A stretch of 63,497 nucleotides of DNA, counting the filler, from Perkinsus chesapeaki ATCC PRA-425 (taxonomy: Eukaryota > Protista > Perkinsozoa), in NCBI GenBank assembly GCA_013115145.1. It is 5 parts of 5 records of this genome, joined end to end, with 100 filler letters (N's around TTAATTAATTAA, not from the genome) between each part and the next. Parts side by side here need not be neighbours in the genome. Positions count along the whole stretch, not along the records: positions 1 to 30,143 come from JAAPAO010000443.1; 4 more parts are not named here. One strand, given 5' to 3'. The translations under genes and the position numbers were made by a program. The notes below the pieces were generated by a model that was given only the letters and a program-made list of their open reading frames with translations, was not told where the DNA came from and did not search any database. Positions 12,708 through 24,169 of this stretch are shown here, in pieces. Numbering within the stretch: position 1 is the first letter of the stretch; the number at the start of each line of letters is the position of its first letter.

Positions 12708-14932
12708 ATCTAAAGACTGTATTTAGTTTGGCGGGCGTCACGCGTTCAAATTTTCGAGTTAGGCTTTGAAATTTTACACATGGAGGTTTTACACTATGAC
12801 AGATGCATTGCGCACGTGAACGCAACCGTTTCGCGAAAAAACGGGCGAGCGAAATTTTACATGCACATATACAACTGTCACAGGACTCTGTCATGCCAGG
12901 AAACCCGAATCATGCGCCGCAGAACACAGGAAACCGATACAGTGCTAGCGTCACAAACCCATTGACTTGTTTCAAGTGATAAGCCCTACTTCAACTTGAA
13001 GTATTCAAGCATGACTAAGCGCGACAACTCAGAAGACTTCCTACATTCTACCCAGGAAAGCGCGGCTACCAACCAGACAACGTCCAGTGCCGGGCAAGAC
13101 CTCTCGAGAAGGCAGAGAGAAGCTGCTGGTACAATAGCTAGGAGCTCGAGGAAACCAAGAAGATCCGGAAGGCTTCAAATACCTGCAAGTAGTGGAGTTG
13201 CCGACCCTCCCCATACTCATGGTTATCATACGCGGTCCCAGCCTCTTAGCGAACGCCAGCTTCGTAAAGCACATGGGAATCCCATTCCTTTACCAAAATC
13301 CGAGCTAAGCTCGCCTTCGGTCCCTATAGGACGCAAACAGAAGGGCTACTCCCGGCTGAGTGCTAAACAGAAGGCTAAGAAGCAAGAAGCTGAAGAGACA
13401 CGTCAGGACCGTTCTGACCGTATGGTCCGGAGACTCGAGGACGACAACCCGCTTGACGAGCTTTCTATGGACATGAAGAAGCGATTAGCTTCATACCTAG
13501 TCCTGAAGGATGTCTTTGGAGCACAGAGTAATGGAGAAAGGGCAGACATTGAGGCTCGTGTAGCAGATATGCTTGGGTTTAGTGCAAGGACGGTCAGCGC
13601 ATGGAGTAGGGAGTATGAGCTAGCGGAACGGCTTGCCGAGACACTGACTCTGAGAGGGAAGCATCCTAAAACTAGGAGTCCGATAGTCAATCCCGAGTTC
13701 GAAGACTTTCGTCAAAGGTTGCGCACCTTCGTCAGAACCGAAGCCGTGGGAAAAGGAGGCAAGCCCAACCTGACAATCAAAGCTATTACGCAGTGGATCA
13801 ACGAAGAGCTTGACCTGGACCATGATACTGGCTACTCCGAGAGAACGGTTTCGAGATGGCTGGAGCTTTTAGACTTCAAGGTCGTGACTGTGAAGAAAAC
13901 ACTCTACGTGGAATGCAGCAAAGCCGTGTCTGCCCGCTCGGAAGGGAAGCTGAAGTGTGTATTCTTGACACATCGGAGTCCCATTCACTGTAAAATGGCT
14001 GAGGACGCGTTGAACGTCAGGCTGATGAACGTCAGACCCGGAGGGAAGCAGCCCAAGATGAGAGATGGTTGGTTCTGGGAGGATGGTCAGAAGAAAGTGC
14101 AGAGCATGGTTTTTCCGTCTGACCATTCAGTCTACCCGGGTTTACCCAAAGGGTTGCGTCAGGTTTGTACGGAGCGGTTTGGAGCTGAAGCCGTCGGTGG
14201 GCTGAAGCACGAAGCCCTCGTTGACCTTCTAAAGGATTGCGAAGACTTCCAGTCTCAGCCAACGCTACTACAGGACGAAGCCGAGGCTCGAGGTGATTTG
14301 ATTATTTATGGAGTTAAGTTCCATCCTGAACTGGCTCCTATTGAAGCGGCCTACCGCTCTATTGCGAAAGCTCTTCGTGTGGCGAACTCTGCCACTTCGT
14401 CGGTAGGATTCAAGGCAAGAGTGGCAGAATCCCAAGACCCTCCTGACCTTAGCTTGGTGCTCATCCGCAAGCATTTTCGATCTGCCAGGGAGTATCTTCA
14501 GCTGTACACTGAAGGTAAGACCCTTGAACAAATTGAAAGTCTCAGGAAGTTGAAGAGAAAGCATAGAGGTGCCGCTCCACAATTGGGAGAGGCAGGTGAA
14601 TGTTCTGAGTCGAGCATACCCGGAAAATATCCTCGTTTTCGTTTGTAATAGTATAGTTTCGTATGTGAAAATAGTATTCAGAGTTGTCAATGAAATTGAT
14701 GAGCAATAATAAGAGCATATTAATCACGAAACAGACGTACAGAGTCCTGTGACAGTTGTATATGTGCATGTAAAATTCGCTCGCCCGTTTTTTCGCGAAA
14801 CGGTTGCGTTCACGTGCGCAATGCATCTGTCATAGTGTAAAACCTCCATGTGTCAAATTTCAGAGCCTAACTCGAAAATTTGAACGCGTGACGCCCGCCA
14901 AACTAAATACAGTCTTTAGATGGCGGGTACTG
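12706..14932 (+). mobile_element. IS630/Tc1/mariner-superfamily DNA transposon with ~190-bp TIRs and an internally deleted transposase (ORF 12996-14648)
   Basis: 12706-12891 is inverted at 14739-14923; the right end continues ...GGCGGGTACTG|TA (TA target). The left TIR lacks its outer ~9 bp where the MITE abuts. ORF motifs: HTH-like SARTVSAW and SERTVSRWL, MNVRPGGKQPKMR, PKGLRQV, KFHPELAPIE. Confidence 0.85.
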
Positions 14933-15169
14933 TATGATTGAGTAATTTGGATACACTGTCGTGATATTGTGACAGAGTGCTGCTGTGCCAGCAGTGCTGT
15001 CGTCGGAATTCATCTAGTGATTGACTTAACACAGTAAATGGCGCATTGCAAATACACGGTGTTTAGTCGTTTGTTATTTACTCGTTTATAGTCATTGATG
15101 GGAAAGAATCGTCGTTCTTCGGAGGCGGTACAGAGGAGGCAAAGAGTTCACCCGGTGAACTTCACCGCA

Positions 15170-16325
15170 CTAGAAGAGCTATAGCTAGAGCCCGTAAGAA
15201 CGTTATCACAGACTCAGGGAATAACCCCGACACGAGGGAGAGTCCAAGTTTGAGTGGGAATCCGGAGTCTAATAACACTGACCTCCACGAGGCTGATCGC
15301 CGGGCAGTTGAATTGTATAAGTATGTCATCAAGGCTAACCACGCCGAGGAAGAGAGGGTTCTATCGAAGGTTACGGACGGTTCGTGCAAGGCAGACAGAT
15401 GTGACTGGAGTGCTCTTACAGGCGGTTCGGACCCGGCGGACATATGCCCGGCCATCACGCAGATCAGGGAATTGTTCAACGAGGCCACTGAAAAGCTCTT
15501 AAGTCTTCCTCCGATTACTAAGTTGAACGACTGGATAAGGTTGCCGAGGGAACAGCAGGGTTCTCAGGAGGATGTGTGGACGCCTATCATACCTTTGCTG
15601 AAGGAGGAGGCTCTTGTAATGAGGGAGAAGCTACGTCTGCTACTATCAGTTGACACAGAAGAGTCGTCCTCCTGTGGCATACAGGCGAGATTGCTCGAGG
15701 CTATGCTAAACGCGACTAATGCGGATCCAGTGTCCGAGGAGGACGCTGAACTACTGAAAGCTATTTATAGAAACCACGGGGCTCCTGTGAGGGTCGAAGT
15801 TGAGGTCCCCTTTTCTTCTCTTTGGCCGCATATCAGTAAAGAAAACGTGGACCCAGACTGTGAGCTATCATATTTTTTCTGGCGATTCCTGGCGTAACTA
15901 CAAGTCTGCAGAAGGCCTTAATGGAAAGGTCCTTGATTATCTCGAGCACGAGGTCCAGTTGAAGCACATGGTCCGGCTTGAGTCGTCACAGGTTACTGAT
16001 GGAGCTATACCATGTCGAATCGCAGCGGTGGAAAAGAAGAGCAAATCCGGTTCGCCGGGTAGGGGGATACGAGTTATCGATGATCTAAAGCGAAATCATG
16101 TTAATAGTAAGGTTGTCAAAGTATCCAACACTACGCAGTTGCCTGGCGCGATGACGACCGCTTTCATCATTAGCCGTATCCAACAGTACTGGAAACAAAA
16201 GGGCGTCAATCCTGCTATAGTGTGCATAGAGCGAGATATATCCGGTGCATTTAGGCACGTGCCGTTGGATAGCAGCGAACAAAAGTACTGTATTAATAAG
16301 GTTAGATATAATGATGCCGGTGACG
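15170..16325 (+). pseudogene. Frameshifted, 3'-truncated reverse transcriptase fragment (DIRS/Ngaro-like)
   Basis: Overlapping ORFs 15250-15897 and 15800-16399; RT motifs IRVIDDLKRNHVN and ERDISGAFRHVPL; truncated before YxDD. Confidence 0.65.
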
Positions 16326-16520
16326 AATATCTTTGGTTTATGCATTTTCATGGAAAGTTTCCGCGAAACTTTCCACGGAAAGTTTTTCAAACACCCTGAA
16401 CCCTAATTCTTGTGGTTGGGATGTATGCTACTGGGACTCTGTATCCATTTTCATACCACCAAATCCAAAACAACTGCACGCAACAATCTTAACACTTAAC
16501 ATAACAAAATGCTGCCATGG

Positions 16521-17522
16521 TTATCTGAATGTGGTGGAGTTGCCACGGCGGCTTGCTGCGATCGCAAATCTGACGCCCTTTTCGATGTCGACCTTCAATT
16601 TGTTCTTCAGCTCCCTCAATCTTTTTTGCTCATAGGCAGGCATCGTATTCTGTATTCGCTGAACTGCAATAACACCTTGCGGTCCGAAGTCACAGCGATA
16701 CGCGAAAAACGGCACTTCGCCATTTATCGGTTCGTTCACATACGCGCACGCGCTCACTTTCTCTCCGTGCTGTCCACGAATAGCAACATCGATGAATCTC
16801 GCTGCAGCATAAGCCGAGGCAAGTGTCGAGCAACCAACGCCATTCATCGCTGCTGAGACTTCATCAACTTCGGCGTTTTGCACCCTTTTGTCAAGTTCTT
16901 CAATCACAGCCGGATTTAGTTTCACTTTTGGCGTGGCTTGCGAGAAAAGTGGTAGAACAGTGCTCGCGGAGTGACCGCCTATAACCGGCACGAACACCGA
17001 CTTCGGCGGCAGTCCGGCAGCTTCGGCGTAGAAGGTGCTCGCTCTGACCGAGTCGATTGCTGTAATTCCAAGAACCCGAGCCTTATTGTAGACTCCGGCG
17101 GTTTTGTAGACCTCCGCCGCCATGGGCACCAGCGAGTTCACCGGTTCTGACATGATGCAAAGCAAGGCGCGCTTGGCGTGTTGCGCACATGCTTTAGTGA
17201 TATTGTAGACGATCGGAGCGTTGGTGTCGAACAGATCATCGGCGGTGATGTCGCTCTTCTGCATCTCTCCAGCGCAGACGATAACGAAATCTGCTTCCTT
17301 CAGTGCTGTTTCGAGCTCCTCTGTGCCTTGGTAGGCTCGGACTGTTGTCTGAGTATTTATATGAGAAATGTCAGCTCCTACACCAGGGGATGGTATCTTA
17401 GCTTGACGCTCGTCATAGAGGGCGATTTCGGATATGCGTGGATTCACTTTCAAGAGGAGGGATAGATTGCCTCCGATGTGGCTAGAGGCACCAATAACTG
17501 TGACTTTGATTGTCCTGGACAT
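16521..17522 (-). CDS. MDH: Malate dehydrogenase-like protein (mitochondrial/MDH2 type), intronless, active site divergent
   Basis: KVTVIGAS..IG..LSLLLK, LYD, GVGADISHINT, DDLFDTNA, PVNSLVP, DSVRASTF, VPVIGGHS, VPFFA; 333 aa. Confidence 0.9.
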   Translation of the reverse strand: MSRTIKVTVIGASSHIGGNLSLLLKVNPRISEIALYDERQAKIPSPGVGADISHINTQTTVRAYQGTEELETALKEADFVIVCAGEMQKSDITADDLFDTNAPIVYNITKACAQHAKRALLCIMSEPVNSLVPMAAEVYKTAGVYNKARVLGITAIDSVRASTFYAEAAGLPPKSVFVPVIGGHSASTVLPLFSQATPKVKLNPAVIEELDKRVQNAEVDEVSAAMNGVGCSTLASAYAAARFIDVAIRGQHGEKVSACAYVNEPINGEVPFFAYRCDFGPQGVIAVQRIQNTMPAYEQKRLRELKNKLKVDIEKGVRFAIAASRRGNSTTFR

Positions 17523-17613
17523 TATAACCGAAATGAACTAGTGAGTCACACCAAACACTACTATTCGAAAATAATATCTCCTTAGTGCAGAAAAGACCAA
17601 TATGCGAAATTTT

Positions 17614-17789
17614 CAGAAAAAAATCTCGCTCGCCCAAATAATCGAATTGGGTGACGAAACGGTCATGATATTATAACATTTATTTTTGTCTGTTACCATG
17701 ATACTATCTTCCGAGTTTTATGTTCTAAGTCGTAAAATTAAAAAAGTCATACCAAAGAACGGATTTGCATAACGGATTGGTTCGCACTA
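17614..17789. mobile_element. Solo TIR fragment of the Tc1 family found at 45.9-47.2 kb
   Basis: Colinear diverged copy of ~47035-47211, ending ggttcgcacta|ta versus ggttcgcactg|ta. Confidence 0.8.
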
Positions 17790-18199
17790 TACGAACGATG
17801 AAGCGCTGATCTATTTCCGGATTTTCATACGTTTCAAGCAAATAGCATATAAAACAGTCAAACCGATACAACAAGTTCAACAGCACCTTTGAGATCAATT
17901 AACAATTCCAACTCAAGCTCCATCTAGAAACACTGTCGACACAGCACTAACTAGTACGCAGCCTCTCAACGAGGCATCACCTAGATGAACTATAGTAGTT
18001 ATGTTATAGCAACAACAAGTTATGATAAAATAATAAGAGCTCTGAGCCGGTCAGCATCGCCGCTAATTACAATTGTCGGCTCGCTCGATAGTGGACTAAC
18101 TACATCCCACAGTCATGTACAAATGACTGTTCCAGAAAATAGCGTTAAGGAATTACAAGATTCACCAAGATTTCAAGATAACCAGAATGGGCAGCTTCT

Positions 18200-19259
18200 T
18201 GTTGCTGGGCGCAAATGTGCTCCGTCTACTTCCGGGGAGATGCGACTCGATCGTCACCAATTTGAGCTGAAAAAGAAGCGAGTTTCAAAATCTTTAAGAA
18301 ATTTCCGTAAGAAAGATACAATTTTCGGAGCAGGCAAAGCAAGTCGGCACGACGGGCGCGAACGAGCATGAAGGATTACACAAATAGATACGCAACGAAC
18401 ATGTGAAATCAGTTACAGATATAAGATACTAAGTAACGTTCAATAAACCCAATAATAAATGGCGCTTAATAACACTAAATAGTCGTCGACTAAATCGACG
18501 ACCAAGCGACGCAATGAATTTAGGAGGAGTCGATAGCACAGAAACGATTTTATACTTCTGCAGAATCAATTTATATTTTTAAATAATTCTAATTTTCCAT
18601 GAAAATAACTAGACATTAGCAGATTACAAAATTCCCTTTCAAAATCGATTCCACTCAAGGACGACGACTTACTGGATGCCATGGACAGCTCTCTGAGACG
18701 AGGACTGGCAAAGTCCCACGAAGTGGAGCTAGAGGTGTCAAAATATTTGTAATCAGTTGATGATTTCAGCGATCGTCGCAGCTTGGCAGCGTCCTCTTTT
18801 AATTTCTCAATCTCACCGTTCTGATCCTCCAGCTGACTTCGGAGCTCGGCAATTTCATCGTCTGAAAGCAAAACAGAAATCTTGACGATCAATTCAGGAT
18901 TGACACTGGAAAAGCAGGGACGGAATTAGCGCAGAAATAAACGGCAGTGAAAGGAGCTTAAAGCTATTCTATAATTCCTATGCACAGAGAACGACGGCGA
19001 TCGAAACCGGAAAAAGGAAAAAATTTTAAAAGTAAACGAGAAAGAAGTCAGTAAAACAATTTCAATTGAGCGATTAAACCTGATGATAAAATCCAATGAA
19101 TAAATAGGTAAAACTCTCTGTCTTTGATCTCAGCTTACCTTTCTTGGCGAGTTCGTTGCTCTGTTCGTCGACTTTTGAACGTATCTTTCCCATTTCTATG
19201 TTGACCTTGGCAATTGCCTCGGTCACACGATTGACGTACATAATTAGTTTGGGATCCAT
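18200..19259 (-). CDS. Hypothetical coiled-coil protein, spliced (3' end uncertain)
   Basis: Exon MDPKLIMYVNRVTEAIAKVNIEMGKIRSKVDEQSNELAKK followed by a gtaag donor; next exon DDEIAELRSQLEDQNGEIEKLKEDAAKLRRSL. Confidence 0.55.
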
Positions 19260-19699
19260 TTTAGGAGTATATACGATAAATTAAACTGCACAGAAAAATC
19301 TGGAAAAATTTCCGGAAAATATTTGTAAAATTTTTCTATCGATTTAACAACATAATAATGACAAATAATTCAGCAACGGAAAATCAAGTTCTCGGGCAGA
19401 TTGACGAACCTAATAAATACACCCAAATCGAAGAATCTCAAGGCAAGCACACGATGAACTAAAAAAGTGTGGAAAATTGCGGAAAATAGTTAAATAATTC
19501 GTTCCAGATATAACTGAGTCTAAGAGCCTCATCGAAACTCAAAAACGACGACAATCAAAGAACCGTCAATTTCAAAATAAATAACAACAAGCAGCTCCGA
19601 TGAAGCACTCCGAAGGTCGACGCTAGCAGAGCAATTCTGGGCAAATCGGAATGATCGGAGACAAAAGCGCACGCCCTAGTGATCGATTACTTCATTGTG

Positions 19700-22600
19700 C
19701 GTTCTCTTCTGCTTTCGCGTACAGTCTTTAAAGTGGATTCCCCCACAGGTCCCAGTGCCTTACCGTGGCGTGAGGGTTACAAAGTGAATTGGACTTTAGT
19801 AAATATTTTAACTATGTTAGCCGCATTCACCGCAGAGACCAACAGACTTGCCATTGCTGAGCTGGAAAACTGGCAGGTCAGATTAATACTTCTTGAGTGG
19901 TTATATTACTACTATAATATTGCCATGATTTGTACAAATATGAACAAATGTATAATACTGCAATTTTTTATCCTTTATATTTATTTTAAAAATGGTGATA
20001 GTTAAGCAATAAACGGTAAATTAACGAAATATATGTCTTTTTCAATTTAAGTATTTTTCACAAATGGATGGCAATGCCAAACTGTTTTATTTTGCCGCAG
20101 TATTGATCCGAAAGTTGATTGAGATTATTTCTTTTAACTGTCATACCAGCTTAGGCTCTGCGTCCTAAGATACATTCAGATACATTTTATATCTTTAGTC
20201 ATCAGTGCACTTTAGAAATGAATGGTAAAATTACAATATTTCTGTTAATAATAATTGGCTACTATCAATAGATATCAATAAACAATACTAATTTATAAAA
20301 TAATAATGTTGATAGAGATTGTAGGAGATAAATATATGGTATAGAGGTTACTGTCTGGTCTATCAAGTATACATATTGTATTCCTATTTTTAATAACTTA
20401 ATGGTAATAGTAAGTAATAGTAATAGTAATATTTGGTACTAATAGTACTATTACGCCGGTAATAGTATTACTAATACTTGGTAAATAACGTTTCCGAATA
20501 AATTGACGCAATGTCTCCGACGAAATCATTTCACAAACAATCACATCACCCTCTTCAGTTGGACGCTACCGAAGGTATTAAATCTCGTTTGGCACGTACC
20601 CTGGAGTCGGAACTTGATAAGGTAGTACTAAGGGGAGACAGCTTACTGGGATCGCCGGTGAAGTATCATGCATGGTATATTCATAGGGATGGAGATTATT
20701 TAGATTAGTGAATGAGTTATGATTATTCTGTATTATGTATTGACGATTTGCCGTCATTCATGCCGTATACTGTATCACAGATCGGTATACGGTTGATCGA
20801 TTCAGATATTCTTCATTGTTGTGTGTTCTAGTACTATGCTACAGAATTTTAGGGTCGTACACTCAATAGCGGACGAGAAACCATTGAAAATGAAATACTC
20901 TATTTCATTGAGGAGGGCTGTACAATAGTGAGTCTTTTGGCTTGGTGAGAAATGACGATGATGGGATTGAATTCACAGCCAAAGTTATAACTTCATCGGT
21001 ATAAAATGCAAGGAATTAGATCAGTTAAGTAGTTATTATGCCCTATGCACTAGATCTATTGAAAATTGGAGATATGAAGGAAAATAGGGGGTAAGAGCTG
21101 AGAATGATCAAGCAGGAGAAGCTTAAATACAATTGTGTGAGGGGACAGTGGCCGATGTATTTAATGATTATACGGTCTTTCGCGAATTGAATCTGAATCC
21201 TACTTGGGTCCTCTGTAATGTCGTTGGTGTGTTATTTATTACACGGAGTGATCGAAGAGGCTGAAAAGTTGGACGCCTGAATTCTGCATCGTTGTCTACA
21301 GGCTGGTGATTTCAAGAGAATGGTTTTCAATTATATCCTCACGTGAACGTGCAGCGCGTTAAGTGTTAATGAGCTCGGGCCGAGCTGCTCGGCGATGTCA
21401 GGGTCTCCGATAAAATAGTATTAAACCTCGGAGCGTTTGGGGGATCTTCGAGGTTGAGTGGGTCTGAATCCGTACTAGGATTCTTATACATTCAGAGTTA
21501 TGGTGGTAATAACCATATTTTATAGTACATACCTCCTCAGACCAGGCAGCAGGCTTAGCAGTGTAGGAACTGTCCAAATTGGAGTGTTATAATGCCAGTA
21601 TATTAAACACTAAGTATCATTAATATTATAATCTAATAATTATTATTATATTAATATTCCGCATGTCCATATGGCTAGCATCCTTCTATTAGTGCTTAAT
21701 ATCCTTATATATTTCCATCTGCCTGAGTGCTTGGGTGCTGGTCCCCGAAATCGTGGCATATGCCAATTGTTGACGAATCTTAGGTTGAAAAAATAGCTGA
21801 TGAGTTGTTGAAGAATCTTTCTTCGGACATTCTCGATACCAAAGTAGCTGTTATGATGAAGGATAGGAAGGATGAGGATTGCGAGGTAGCAGTTGTAGAT
21901 GGGCGCAATTTTTGGTAGTAAAACGGGGAAATTTGGGTGTAAAAAAGGAGACATTCTGGCAAGAAAATATTTGTGAAAAATTTGGAAAATTTCAGTTAAA
22001 AAACGGAAAATTTTGGTGGAAAATTTCATTAAACCTTGTCGGCGAGGGTTGCAAGGTAGTATTTTACAGGAAGACCAGGAAAATTTTTCAGGAAAATGTA
22101 TTTTTTAGAGATGATTTAAGATACGTGCACAGTACTATTGACAAGCTTCGAGGTTAGATTAATGCCATCAGAAATTGCAACCTATTCCGAAACTGAGCAG
22201 TTTTTGAGGAGACTTTTAGCGTGAATTTGAGGATTACATTAATTCGAAATAAATCTGTATTAAATATATCTGAATAATAGATTTCAGAAATCTGCATTAA
22301 ATTGCGAGAAATAGAAAAAGGTAAAATTGTTGTCAAAAAAGGATAATTGTATTTATATTCGTGAAATATGTACAAGTAAGTGATGTGTTAAGTATTTAGC
22401 ATTTGCAGTGTAAACTGTAGCATAGACCACTGTACGCAATAATATAATAGAAATTGGGTATTTTATAGCTTGCTTGAAGTATAGGAGAATGCATTTACGT
22501 GTATATGTTTAAGATATAGGACAAACGTTATTCGTATCGATTATGCGATTTTAGTGTGTTGGTGAAGTTAAGCCCAGTGGGCCACCGGTGGCGAAGTTGG

Positions 22601-23924
22601 CAGGAAAAAGGCAAAGTGCAACTACACAAACTGCAGAGTAAAGGGGAAAAAATTCCGGGAATTTTTCGGGAATTTTTTCGGTGCAGATATGTGATGGTTA
22701 AAAGAGCCAAGACGGAGCAGAATTTATCGAAGGGAAAGCCGGCGGGAAGCACAAGGGCGAATATGGCCACTATGCCGACGTAAAATTCCGGGAAAATTTC
22801 GGAAATTTTTTTTGGGAAATTTCAGATTGCCGAAGACAACGGCTTGCCTTACTGGAAATAATAAGGCGGTTAGCAGGGAAGTTCGGAAGCATTTGGAAGT
22901 TGTTGGTGCACAGGACGTAATAAAGGGTGAATACTCGGGAAGGAGTGGTAGTTATGTAATATATGGATGTTGAGTTCTAGGGTCATATTTGAGCAGTCGG
23001 CTGTGTATATAGAAGCTGGGGAATTTGTACCGGCTGTGTATATAGAAGCTGGGGAATTTGTACCGGCTGTGTATATTGAAGCTGGTGAATTTGTANNNNN
23101 NNNNNNNNNNNNNNNNNNNNNNNNNNNNNNNNNNNNNNNNNNNNNNNNNNNNNNNNNNNNNNNNNNNNNNNNNNNNNNNNNNNNNNNNNNNTGTACCGGC
23201 TGTGTATATAGAGGCTGGGGAATTTGTACCGGCTGTGTATATAGAGGCTGGGGAATTTGTACCGGCTGTGTATATAGAGGCTGGGGAATTTGTACCGGCT
23301 GTGTATATAGAGGCTGGGGAATTTGTACCGGCTGTGTATATAGAAGCTGGGGATTTGTATTGAAGCGACTTGTCGTGGGTAAAGGAATATGATAGAAGCT
23401 TAGCAATTGCTCAGATTTATACAATATGATCTAGTCTAGTCTTCCTGGAACATACTCCTCTAAGATCAAAAGGTGTCGCGGATACGGAGGAGATGATGAG
23501 AATTGCGATAGGAAATATGTTAAAAGATTACCAAAAAGAAGCATAAAATTCATTCCTTTTGAGATTATGGATCATAAATTTATATTATTAATTATATCAT
23601 AACTTTTTTGTCTCGGTCCTTTATAATGATATATCTATTACATTTAATGATGGGCACCATCTGATGTTCCTCAATGACTTCCGGAGCCACAGTCCGAGCT
23701 GGAATTTTCGGCAAAGTCCGCACTGCACGCCGAACACCGCGACAGGCGTGGATATTTTTGTGTCACTTGTTACTTCTACGCAGGTTCGAATCCCAGGGAT
23801 GAATGAATTCCGTGATTTGCCGGAGGAAAAGAGACAGCAAATGCTCACAGTGCTGAGCGCTGTTGTGTCGACGTTAGCTGAAGAGCACGTGAAGGCGGCT
23901 ATGCACCCTCCGAAGAAGAACTAA
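19700..23924 (+). CDS. Hypothetical multi-exon gene(s) with AT-rich introns; exact structure unresolved
   Basis: GC-richer islands bounded by ag/gt, e.g. LDATEGIKSRLARTLESELDK (~20560), GRTLNSGRETIENEILYFIEEG (~20850), terminal exon VRIPGMNEFRDLPEEKRQQML...HPPKKN* (23783-23924). Confidence 0.35.
22998..23360. repeat. 33-bp minisatellite, collapsed over an N gap
   Basis: Unit gaatttgtaccggctgtgtatatagaggctggg repeated on both sides of the gap. Confidence 0.95.
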
Positions 23925-24169
23925 AGTCACGCGCCACGAAATTCTGTAGATTTTCTTACTGTTGGTCGTAATTAATAAGAGCATAAATGCCATTTCTAGA
24001 TATATTGGTTTGTGTTCGAGTGGAATTTTTTCTGGAAAAAATTCTGGAAAATTTCGAAAAAAGGGAAAAAATCAGAATATTTCCGAAAATAATGGGGTAA
24101 TTTTTCGGAACAGAGTGTAAATTTTTTTCCGGAGGGGACAATCATGGATTATTGTGAGTTAGTTTCATA

